Source of the DNA: Hormoscilla sp.
GTDB lineage: Bacteria > Cyanobacteriota > Cyanobacteriia > Cyanobacteriales > Desertifilaceae
NCBI GenBank assembly: GCA_051439505.1
Contig: JBFRWI010000200.1
Coordinates: forward strand, 1-21,387
DNA length: 21,387 bases
Direction of reading: 5' to 3'
Shown here one piece after another: positions 1-8,151 of this stretch. The first letter of the stretch is position 1. Every line of letters begins with the position of its first letter. Under the pieces are notes generated by a model. That model had not been told where the DNA came from and did not search any database. It worked only from the letters and a program-made list of their open reading frames with translations. The position numbers were made by a program, and so were the translations under genes.

Positions 1-141
1 AGAGTGCGATCGGGCTTAGGGGCTGTACTACGGCACGGGGGCTCGAAGACTGTGCCACCGGTGCCGCAGAAAATACCTGGGGCACGAACAGCAGTCTGAT
101 ATATTAAGATTTATTCGATCAACAGTCTCGGAAGTAATGTG

Positions 142-2115
142 ATGAAAAGTCTGTGGAATGAGGCAGAAGCGGCAGGGTACAAAGGGGATCTGGCCCAACG
201 GGTATACAGTTCGCGCCTGTTGGGTGCAGATCCATCCCTAGTACTGCACGGCGGTGGCAATACTTCGGTAAAAATTAAGGAAAAGAATCTGGTGGGAACC
301 GAAGAAGAAATCCTCTATGTTAAGGGTAGCGGTTGGGATCTGGCCACCATTGAAGAGGCAGGGTTCTCGCCAGTGCGGATGGAACATTTGCTGAAATTGG
401 CAAAACTACCTTCCCTGTCCGATCGGGAGATGGTTAACGAACTGAAAACCCAAATGACTCGCGCTAGCGCCCCCTCCCCTTCGGTAGAAACGATCCTCCA
501 TGCTACCCTACCTTATAAATATGTAGATCATACCCATGCAGATACGGTGGTTACCGTTACTAATACGGCTGAGGGTTTAACGCGGGTGCAGGAAATTTAT
601 GGGGATACAGTAGTGATTATCCCCTACGTGATGCCCGGTTTTGATTTAGCACGGTTCTGTGCCGAAAAGTTTGCCGCAGAGGCGACGGAAAAAACCATCG
701 GGATGCTGCTGATGAACCACGGGATCTTTTCCTTTGGGGCCACGGCCCAGGAGTCCTACGAACGGATGATCTCCCTGGTAAGCTTGACTGAGGAATATTT
801 AACAGGACATGGGGCCTGGAATCAATCACAGCCACAAGTTGCAGTCGAGGATAAACCCCTGGGTCATACTTTGGCATCCTTGCGCCGTGAGGTCTCTGAG
901 GCGGCGGGTTTTCCTGCGATCGTGACGATGCATAACGATCCTCGTACCCTCGCCTTTGTGGGGCGATCGGACTTAGGAGAAATATCCCAGCAAGGGCCGG
1001 CCACTCCCGATCACGTCATCCGCACCAAAAGCATACCCCTAGTGGGAAGAGACGTGCAAGGCTATGTGGAAGCGTACAAAACATACTTTGCCGAGTATAA
1101 TCCCACGGCTAAGGAAAAAAAGACCATGCTCGATCCAGCCCCCCGGGTAATTCTAGATTCAGAATTGGGCATGTGCGCCATTGGCAAGAATGCTAAGGCT
1201 GCCGCGATCGTGGCTGATATTTACCACCATACAATGGATGTCATCGAGGGGGCGACTGTTCTGGGAGGTTATCAAGCCCTGCCAGGTAAAGACCTCTTTG
1301 ATATGGAATATTGGGAGTTAGAACAGGCAAAGCTGCGCAAGGGAGGCACGCCACCCATGTTCACAGGAGAAGTGGCCTTGGTGACAGGGGCCGCTTCTGG
1401 TATTGGTAAAGCTTGTGTAGATGCTTTGTTGCAGCGGGGCGCGGCGGTGGTAGGTTTGGATATTAATCCTGCGATCGCAGAACTCCACAAACGCCCCGAC
1501 TTTTGGGGCATCACCTGTGACGTGACCGACGAACAGGCAATAACAACCGCCTTGGAACGAGCAGTTCGGGCCTTCGGCGGTCTGGATATGTTAATTCTGA
1601 ATGCGGGGATATTTCCTGGGGGTTGTCCGATCGACTCTCTGTCAACTCAAGAATGGCGAAAGGTGATGGGGATCAACCTAGATGCGAATCTCATCTTGAT
1701 GCGGGAGTGCCACCCCTTACTAAAATTAGCACCAAAGGGAGGACGAGTGGTAGTCATTGGTTCTAAGAATGTTTTGGCACCGGGGCCGGGGGCGGCGGCC
1801 TATTCCGCTTCCAAGGCAGCTTTGAATCAATTAGTGCGGGTAGCAGCTTTGGAGTGGGGTAATGACAATATCCGCATTAATTCTCTTCACCCGAACGCGG
1901 TATTCGACACCGGACTCTGGACAGAAGAAGTCTTGACAGCTCGGGCCTCACATTACAACCTGACAGTAGAGGAATACAAGACCAATAATGTGCTGAAGGT
2001 GGAGATAACCAGCCGAGATGTGGCCGAGTTAGCAGCGGAAATGTGCGGACCGCTGTTTGCCAAGACTACTGCTGCTGGCGTACCCATCGATGGTGGGAAC
2101 GATCGGGTAATCTAA
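142..2115 (+). CDS. Bifunctional class II aldolase / short-chain dehydrogenase (rhamnulose-1-phosphate aldolase/dehydrogenase-like)
   Basis: N-terminal class II aldolase motifs (GGGNTSVK, VKGSG, DHTH, NHG). C-terminal SDR with TGAASGIG, NAG and YSASK. ATG at 142, in-frame GTG at 139. Confidence 0.9.
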   Translation: MKSLWNEAEAAGYKGDLAQRVYSSRLLGADPSLVLHGGGNTSVKIKEKNLVGTEEEILYVKGSGWDLATIEEAGFSPVRMEHLLKLAKLPSLSDREMVNELKTQMTRASAPSPSVETILHATLPYKYVDHTHADTVVTVTNTAEGLTRVQEIYGDTVVIIPYVMPGFDLARFCAEKFAAEATEKTIGMLLMNHGIFSFGATAQESYERMISLVSLTEEYLTGHGAWNQSQPQVAVEDKPLGHTLASLRREVSEAAGFPAIVTMHNDPRTLAFVGRSDLGEISQQGPATPDHVIRTKSIPLVGRDVQGYVEAYKTYFAEYNPTAKEKKTMLDPAPRVILDSELGMCAIGKNAKAAAIVADIYHHTMDVIEGATVLGGYQALPGKDLFDMEYWELEQAKLRKGGTPPMFTGEVALVTGAASGIGKACVDALLQRGAAVVGLDINPAIAELHKRPDFWGITCDVTDEQAITTALERAVRAFGGLDMLILNAGIFPGGCPIDSLSTQEWRKVMGINLDANLILMRECHPLLKLAPKGGRVVVIGSKNVLAPGPGAAAYSASKAALNQLVRVAALEWGNDNIRINSLHPNAVFDTGLWTEEVLTARASHYNLTVEEYKTNNVLKVEITSRDVAELAAEMCGPLFAKTTAAGVPIDGGNDRVI

Positions 2116-2284
2116 TACTTAGAGAGGGCGATCGCGATCGCTGTTGTGTTTGAGGGAGTTTTCGACCAGTTTGTCGATGATACTTTTCAGTTTTTCCGTT
2201 CCCACTTTTCCGACATACCTTGCCCTCAAGCAATCATATCTTTCGATTGTAGCAGAATCTCCGGTCGCTTCGCCAGTGGCAATC

Positions 2285-2872
2285 CACCGGTGGCTGCCTC
2301 CTCTCGCAATGACAGTGCCGTAAGACCGATCTCCAATGGTGCCAGACTGAGGCAGATCCACGCGATCGCTTGTCATACATAGATAGATGAAGTCAGCAAT
2401 ATATAGATGAGGGACTGAGTTTCTCCCAAGAGGGACTGAGTTTCTCCAAAGAGGGACTCAGTCCCTCTTTGGAGTATAATATGATTGGGTGGAATAACTG
2501 AGTTCCTCTAGGGAAGGACTCAGTTATTCCCAGGAGTAGCTGAGTTCCTCCAGGGAAGAACTCAGTTATTCTTAAGAGGGACTGAGTTCTTCCAAGGAAT
2601 AACTCAGTCATTCTTGAAAATTGCTCGTATATTCCCCAGGGGGGGCGATCGCAGCTTTGGGGAAACTGAGTGATTCTACGGCAAGCGTGAGAAAATCTGT
2701 CACGGGAAAAGAATACTTCGTCAAGAGGGGCTTCAAAGGAGAGGAGTCTACAGAAGTCCAAAAAGCGGCGAAAAAACCCTCATAGGATGGAACGGTCACA
2801 TTTAGGGAAGTCGAGCGTAAATAATCATCCAAAATTATCCAGTGGTCTAGATACACCGGTGGCTGCCTCCTC
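2285..2872 (+). repeat. 19-bp exact direct repeat CACCGGTGGCTGCCTCCTC at 2285-2303 and 2854-2872
   Basis: Read directly from the sequence. Both copies have CCAGTGG a few bases upstream. Confidence 0.85.
2409..2680. repeat. Degenerate 21-bp tandem array with quasi-palindromic ACT(G/C)AGT core
   Basis: Cores start at 2414, 2435, 2456, 2497, 2518, 2539 (GCTGAGT), 2560, 2581, 2602 and 2665. A perfect 15+1+15 palindrome spans 2444-2474. Confidence 0.9.
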
Positions 2873-3012
2873 CGGAGAATGGGGCGATCGCCTGTGGTCT
2901 GGCTGGAACAGGTGATGTCGGATGGGGACAGTGTTATAATCATAAGGCTGTTGTCAAAATTTGTTAGTTTTTTTAGAGCCGATCGGAACTGCCACATTTA
3001 GGGATATACAAG

Positions 3013-3822
3013 ATGCCTTCAATTTTTCCCGGAATGGATCCATATTTAGAACGTCCAGCACTCTGGTCTGGCGTTCATCATCGATTAATTACTGCTATTG
3101 CCAACGACCTAGCTCCCCAAATTAGACCCAAATATATCGTAGCCATTGAGGAGCATGTCTATCAAACTATTGGAGAACAGTCACTCTTGCTTGGCATACC
3201 TGATGTTTCGGTTCACGGTCCCCAAAGGGCAAGCGATGCAACTGAATCTAATGTCGCTGTTGCCGCGCCTCGGACACAACCGATCGAGGTCCAGGTGCCG
3301 ATGCCGGAAATCCTCACCGAAGGATATTTGGAAATCCGCGAAGTGGATAGTGGAGAAGTAATTACCGTTATTGAAATTATCTCGCCCAAGAATAAAAAGT
3401 CGGGAGTTGGTCGCCAACAATACGAAAATAAACGTCAACTAATCTTGGGAAGTGACACCCATTTAGTCGAAATTGATTTACTTCGTCAAGGTCAACCGAT
3501 GCCAGTTTTAAGTAATGTAATTAAGAACAGTTCGACTGGTAAAAATATCAGCAGTTATCGCATTTTATTGAGTCGCAGCAACCGCCGCCCGAAAGCGGAA
3601 CTATATGCCTTTAATTTACAGGATGTAATCCCGACATTTACTGTACCTTTAGCACCACAAGAACCAGAACCAGTGTTAGATTTACAAAGCCTATTTTCTG
3701 AGATATACGATCTAGGAGGTTACGATCTCAGAATAGATTACAGTCGCAAACTGGTGCCAGCTTTATCAAAAACAGATGCAGCTTGGGCCGATCGGTTGTT
3801 GCGCGATCGAGGATTAAGATAA
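3013..3822 (+). CDS. DUF4058 family protein (PD-(D/E)XK nuclease-like fold)
   Basis: Characteristic start MPSIFPGMDPYLE, then IPDV, VIEIISPKNK and LVEIDLLR motifs. Confidence 0.88.
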   Translation: MPSIFPGMDPYLERPALWSGVHHRLITAIANDLAPQIRPKYIVAIEEHVYQTIGEQSLLLGIPDVSVHGPQRASDATESNVAVAAPRTQPIEVQVPMPEILTEGYLEIREVDSGEVITVIEIISPKNKKSGVGRQQYENKRQLILGSDTHLVEIDLLRQGQPMPVLSNVIKNSSTGKNISSYRILLSRSNRRPKAELYAFNLQDVIPTFTVPLAPQEPEPVLDLQSLFSEIYDLGGYDLRIDYSRKLVPALSKTDAAWADRLLRDRGLR

Positions 3823-3867
3823 ATTTTAGGAGTACACCCAATACTTCTCGGTTAAACATTTTATTTT

Positions 3868-4055
3868 TCATTGCGAGGGGGGGTGGAAAAGCTGTCGATC
3901 GTTATTCAAATTATCATTCCCCCCCGTTAGCGTAGCGGCCCGACGCAGGAGGGCTAGCAATCTCGCGGGTGTCGGTAGGGGTAGGAGATTGCTTCGGGGG
4001 GGCTGTTGGTCGAGTTCCTCACAATCTAGGTTTGGACTCCCCCCTCGCAATGACA
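3868..4055. repeat. Cloverleaf palindromic element, copy A (TGTCATTGCGAG / GAAGCAATCTC family)
   Basis: TCATTGCGA-G7 (3868-3883), C7-G (3919-3926), AGCAATCTC (3956-3964), GAGATTGCTTC-G7 (3985-4002), C6-TCGCAATGACA (4039-4055). Same layout as 13720-13882. Confidence 0.9.
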
Positions 4056-4073
4056 GCTTTAAGTCAGTGCCAT

Positions 4074-4919
4074 TTATTGTGCGTCCAAGAAAGCCTCAAC
4101 AGTCCGGTTAAAAGCATCGGGCTGAACCAAAAAGGGCCAATGATTGCCCGGGACTTGACAAATGCGCAGGTTTGTCAGATAGGTACTATAGGGTTTGAGC
4201 TGCCAATCAAAGCGATTGACACCTTTTTCTGGTTGCACGAACAGAGTCGGGATGTCAATGGGAGCCGTTAGTCCCGGTACCCGCATCACGTCCTCAAAAA
4301 TTCCATCCCGGGCCGGGATAACAAATTTACTACCCCAACGACCGTCAGTTTTTTCCTCAATACTAGCTTGAAATACTTGCTGCTGTAACTCACTCCAACC
4401 TTTGTATTGCTTGAACTCTCGCGCTTGCGCTTCAGCATCTGCATAGCTAGTAAATGGTCCCATGCCCTTGAGAAAGGGCAATACCCGGTATAAGATGGGG
4501 AAGGTTAATTTGAAGGCGCTGGGCATTTTCCAGATGAAAATGGGATCGACTAAAATCATGCTGCGCAAGCGTTCTGGATGTTGCTTGGCCCAGATGGGTG
4601 CTAATTTTCCCGTCCAAGAATGACCGAGAATATGGGCGGATGACCATCCCAGGTGGTCCATTAAAGCTTCCAGATCCCCGATCGCATCGTTAAAAGTATA
4701 ATCACCATCGGGCTTACTACTTTCCCCATGACCGCGCATATCCGGTGCAACTATGTGGTAATTTGAGGCCAGATACTCTCCCAAACTCGACCAAACTAGG
4801 GCATGGTCGGCCAAACCATGTAAAAGTAGTAAAGGTTGAGTACCTTGGTTCCATTCTAGGTAAGATAGTTGGATATTCCTTAAGACCCGGGTTTGACGTA
4901 CAGGCATAACAGTCGGCAT
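4074..4919 (-). CDS. Alpha/beta fold hydrolase
   Basis: LLHGL oxyanion motif, APDMRGHGES, nucleophile elbow GHSWTG, C-terminal catalytic His (GNHW). Start is likely ATG 4919 or 4907; the longer track ORF merely reads through a REP. Confidence 0.88.
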   Translation of the reverse strand: MPTVMPVRQTRVLRNIQLSYLEWNQGTQPLLLLHGLADHALVWSSLGEYLASNYHIVAPDMRGHGESSKPDGDYTFNDAIGDLEALMDHLGWSSAHILGHSWTGKLAPIWAKQHPERLRSMILVDPIFIWKMPSAFKLTFPILYRVLPFLKGMGPFTSYADAEAQAREFKQYKGWSELQQQVFQASIEEKTDGRWGSKFVIPARDGIFEDVMRVPGLTAPIDIPTLFVQPEKGVNRFDWQLKPYSTYLTNLRICQVPGNHWPFLVQPDAFNRTVEAFLDAQ

Positions 4920-4965
4920 AATAAAATTAAAAAGTGGTGTAAATCGGGAGAGGGTAACAAGGACT

Positions 4966-5006
4966 GTAGGTTGGGTTGAGGCACGAAACCCAACAAGCCA
5001 ACCTAC
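4966..5006 (+). repeat. GTAG-family REP-like palindrome (GTAGGTTGGGTT-gaggcacga-AACCCAAC) with inverted partial copy CCAACCTAC
   Basis: GTAG followed by an 8-bp stem. A sister copy at 12808-12836 has the loop inverted. Confidence 0.8.
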
Positions 5007-5010
5007 CTTA

Positions 5011-5179
5011 GGCGTTGCACATTGAGGGGATGATAGCAGCCAATTTTTCAACTTTGCTAATGGCTAATTGCTAATTGAAAAGAGTAAAGCTATCTATTCA
5101 TGACTATAAATGACGCTCTCAATTAACCATTGACAATTAGCAATTAGCAGACCTCATCATCCCGTCGTTGTGCAACGCC
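5011..5179. mobile_element. MITE with ~24-bp imperfect terminal inverted repeats (GGCGTTGCACA...GGGATGAT) enclosing inverted heptamer repeats
   Basis: Left end GGCGTTGCACATTGAGGGGATGAT (5011-5034), right end ATCATCCCGTCGTTGTGCAACGCC (5156-5179). Internal TGCTAAT(T/G)-type heptamers and their reverse complements. A solo end of the same family lies at 19143-19167. Confidence 0.75.
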
Positions 5180-5452
5180 AAAAAAGCTTATTACGTCAAA
5201 GCCCATGAATGGGAGTTAATGCTGGAGGAGGAATGGGAACCGGCGATCGATACTGCCAGTGTGGAAGTAATGTCCGGTGCCTATACTCCCTATCAACTCT
5301 CAGAAATGCTAGACAAGACACAGGTAATGCTAACGGCCCAAAAATTACTGGATCTGACTTACGATCATTCAGTCAAGAGTTTACCTGCGATCGTTAAAGA
5401 GCAGATAGTGCAATTACCGGGTGGGGAAGCTTGGAAGTCAGGTAAGCGATAG
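5180..5452 (+). pseudogene. Probable 5'-truncated remnant of a hypothetical protein gene
   Basis: Protein-like open frame (KKAYYVKAHEWELMLEEEWEPAI...LPGGEAWKSGKR). The track's TTG start (5168) lies inside the MITE terminal repeat. A short intact gene from an internal ATG cannot be excluded. Confidence 0.5.
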
Positions 5453-5527
5453 TGGAGACCATTTGCCGTCCGCCGGTTCATACTCAGTCTTTGGCTTTTC
5501 ACTTCCCGCCAGATACCAATCCCCCAA

Positions 5528-6520
5528 TCACCAGCTCACTTGCATCAATCCAATTGCCAGTCCCAGCCAAATCAGAAAACAATAGCGAGTCAGCTGCATT
5601 GCCTCATAAACTTTCTCAGTCGTAATCGGATGAATTGGCTCTGCTAACAGGGGTTTATATTTGGCCACCCCACGATAATAGTTAAGTCCTCCCAGCTGCA
5701 CGCCGAGAATTGCTGCATAAGCACATTCACTCCAACCAGCATTGGGACTGGGGTCTTTCACCCCATCTCGCTGACAAATGCGCCAAACATACCCTGGTTT
5801 CCCCGAGAGAAAGCATAAAGTAATTACGGTCAAACGGCAAGGCAACCAGGTCAGCAAATCCTCTAGCTTGGCACTAAACATGCCCAAATCTGTATAAGGA
5901 GCTTCCTTATAGCCTACCATTGAATCGAGAGTGCTCGCCGCTTTGTAAGCTAAAGCGAAAGGTGCAATTCCCCCCACGGGTATAATGGCCCCGACAATGG
6001 CAAAGAATAGAGGTGCTGTTACCCCATCAACAGCATTTTCCGCGACAGTCTCCAACAGGGCCCGCAAAATTTCCGACTCCGAGAGATTTTCTGTATCGCG
6101 CCCTACATACAGGCTCAATTGTTGGCGAGTGCGATCTAAGTCACCAGCTGCTAGGAGTTGCAGCACCTCCTCCGCCGCTGCTCTTAAACTCCTCCCGGCA
6201 AAACAACTGGCTAAGAGAATGCTTTCTACAACTATATATAGTATAGGATGTACTCGGCTAGCAGCGGCAACAATTAACCAACCCACCAAAGCACTCCCGC
6301 CGATGAGTACAATTGCCAGAATAACTCCGCAACCGCGTTGTATCGTCCGACTGTTGTCGAGTTTGAGAACCAGTTGGGTATAGTTAGAGATAACCCAACC
6401 CATCATCCCAACTGGATGTAACCAACCCCAAGGATCCCCCAGCAAGTAGTCGAGCACTGAGGCGAAAACCATTATCGTTGCTGAGTAGTTCAACGTCATC
6501 TCCAAGCAGAACCGAGCCAT
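5528..6520 (-). CDS. cbiB: Adenosylcobinamide-phosphate synthase CbiB/CobD
   Basis: GDP..HPV, VGRDT, ETVAENAVDG, YKAASTLDSMVGY, SPNAGWSE and GVQLGG motifs; membrane protein. Start may be ATG 6520 or 6499. Confidence 0.93.
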   Translation of the reverse strand: MARFCLEMTLNYSATIMVFASVLDYLLGDPWGWLHPVGMMGWVISNYTQLVLKLDNSRTIQRGCGVILAIVLIGGSALVGWLIVAAASRVHPILYIVVESILLASCFAGRSLRAAAEEVLQLLAAGDLDRTRQQLSLYVGRDTENLSESEILRALLETVAENAVDGVTAPLFFAIVGAIIPVGGIAPFALAYKAASTLDSMVGYKEAPYTDLGMFSAKLEDLLTWLPCRLTVITLCFLSGKPGYVWRICQRDGVKDPSPNAGWSECAYAAILGVQLGGLNYYRGVAKYKPLLAEPIHPITTEKVYEAMQLTRYCFLIWLGLAIGLMQVSW

Positions 6521-6689
6521 ACCATCCGTTTGTCTGTCCTATCCCTTGAGGCTATGAGACAATTCCTACATCGCCGACCGAATATGAGAGAAAGATTTCC
6601 CAGGGGATGCTCTTAAGGATACCATAGGGATCCTCTCCAGATATTATCTAAGTATTTTCACGGGAATCTTTAATTATCTGTTAGAGGAG

Positions 6690-6738
6690 CAACCGACAAC
6701 TGACAACCGACAACCGACAACCGACAACCGACAACTAA
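6690..6738. repeat. Heptamer tandem repeat (CAACCGA)x7, STRR-type
   Basis: Seven units, two of them variant (CAACTGA, CAACTAA). The last unit contains the Rrf2 stop codon. Confidence 0.95.
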
Positions 6739-7178
6739 ACAATAAAACTGGTTTGTTCTCCTTGGTTCGCTTGCCAACTGCGGGCATCGAAGTAGAGGTC
6801 TTCGAGGGATATGCTGTCTAGAGCTTCTTTCAGCTTGTGGTGTAACCGGTTCCACAAGGTCAAAGTCACCCAGTCAGAAGCTAGATCGGTATCGTCGGGA
6901 AGTTTGGGCAGCGGTTCGATGGTTTCTCCAACTGCCACAAGTATCTGTCCTAAAGAAATTGTCCCAGGCGATCGGGCCAAGCGATAGCCTCCCCGAGAGC
7001 CCCGCACCGAGACAACTAAACCCGCACGGCGCATTTCCATCAGCAGCTTCTCTAGATAGGGGGCTGGTAAGTTTTGCCGAAGGGCGATCGATCTAACGGA
7101 AGCTGGACCTCCTCCTGGTTGGAGAGTCAGATCCAGCAATGCCTTAACGCTGTAATGTCCTCTCGTGGTTAGCAACAT
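6735..7178 (-). CDS. Rrf2 family transcriptional regulator (Cys-less, Slr0846-like)
   Basis: MLLTTRGHYSVKALLDL, YLEKLL, SVRGSRGGYRLAR. No Fe-S-ligating Cys. Start placed at ATG 7178. Confidence 0.9.
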   Translation of the reverse strand: MLLTTRGHYSVKALLDLTLQPGGGPASVRSIALRQNLPAPYLEKLLMEMRRAGLVVSVRGSRGGYRLARSPGTISLGQILVAVGETIEPLPKLPDDTDLASDWVTLTLWNRLHHKLKEALDSISLEDLYFDARSWQANQGEQTSFIV

Positions 7179-7450
7179 CGGCTTAAACTCAATCATGTAT
7201 TTTCCAAGGGGCAACCTAACCCCAGCCAGACTGCCAGGGCGACCGTGGGCTGGGCAGAGGCGCACTCCCCTGGTTGCTGTCGGGAGAGTTGAACTTGATG
7301 GAGATCGCAAAAAAAAATGTAGACATGGTGAAAAGTTGGTGTAAGATATTTTTATTAGCTGACATATCCTGATGGAGGGTGTTTTTCACGCCACCCAGTC
7401 AGCTAAGATTAATATAGTATCGATGTTGAAGTTGTTCAAGAGATAAGCAA

Positions 7451-7906
7451 ATGAGTCAAACGAGCCCAGAAGAAGCTTTAACCGGCGTAGAACTGCTTGA
7501 GAAAGTTAACTCAAAAGAGCTAGGACATCTAAGCAAGGAAGAAAAAGCCCGAGCCTGCGGCTACTACACCGTGACCAAAAATGGTATAGAGCGGGTGAAC
7601 ATGATGAAGTTCCTCAACGCTCTGATCGATGCGGAGGGGATTGAGTTAGATGGCAACAAAGACGCCGGGAATGGACGGGGAGGACGCTCTGCTAGCTACC
7701 GGATTAGCGTCCAGTCTAACGGTAACTTGCTGATTGGATCCGCCTACACTAAGAAGATGGACCTGAAACAAGGAGATGAGTTTGAGATCTCCCTGGGTCG
7801 CAAGCACATTCATCTGAAGCAAATTCTTGGCGATGAAGAAGATGAAGCAGAAGCTGAAGTAGAAGCTGAAACAGAAGACCAAGAGCAAGCAGTAGCATCC
7901 GTCTGA
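7451..7906 (+). CDS. Cyanobacterial AbrB-like regulator (cyAbrB1/CalA type) with acidic C-terminal tail
   Basis: LTGVELLEKV, ARACGYY, GRGGRSASYRISVQSNGNLLIGSAYTK, GDEFEISLGRKHIHLKQ. Confidence 0.92.
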   Translation: MSQTSPEEALTGVELLEKVNSKELGHLSKEEKARACGYYTVTKNGIERVNMMKFLNALIDAEGIELDGNKDAGNGRGGRSASYRISVQSNGNLLIGSAYTKKMDLKQGDEFEISLGRKHIHLKQILGDEEDEAEAEVEAETEDQEQAVASV

Positions 7907-7968
7907 ACAGCGCAGGCTGGTTGTCGCCTCAAGGAAATGTTGACCCTCTGCCCCCAAAGAGTAAAGAG

Positions 7969-7993
7969 TCGCCCACTCGCTCGGGGTGGGCGA
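7969..7993 (+). terminator. GC-rich stem-loop downstream of cyAbrB (possible 3' stabiliser/terminator)
   Basis: TCGCCCACTC-GCTCG-GGGTGGGCGA. No clear U-tract follows. Confidence 0.35.
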
Positions 7994-8151
7994 TCCCCAC
8001 TATGGGTATGGAGGATAACGGACTTGGAGGACGCTTGTAATTATCGGAGCCTCTCGGCCCCATCAATTAACTGTTGGGGCTTTCAGGGCCTCGGGCGTGA
8101 GGTGTCCTCGGTAAAAAGGTTAGACTGAAAATAAGTCTGACCAAATTGATT

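Noticed and set aside
2119..2376. 85-aa ORF whose end (YVGKVGTEKLKSIIDKLVE) faintly recalls a PemK/MazF C-terminus
   Set aside because: The similarity is too short to support, and part of the ORF is translated repeat sequence.
2409..2680. Possible CRISPR array
   Set aside because: Period is only 21 bp, there are no unique spacers, and no cas genes are in the window.
2393..2761. 122-aa minus-strand ORF with 7/14-aa periodicity, and overlapping ORF 2608-2997
   Set aside because: The periodicity is a by-product of the 21-bp DNA array and changes register at the 41-bp step. No recognisable domain.
4920..5051. N-terminal extension of the hydrolase in the ORF track
   Set aside because: It reads through a REP and a MITE end. 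ATG 4919/4907 gives a normal-length hydrolase.
7179..7310. Extended N-termini in the track for Rrf2 (also cobQ from 10795 and the ATPase from 18117)
   Set aside because: Family N-terminal motifs begin at the internal ATGs 7178, 10972 and 18078.
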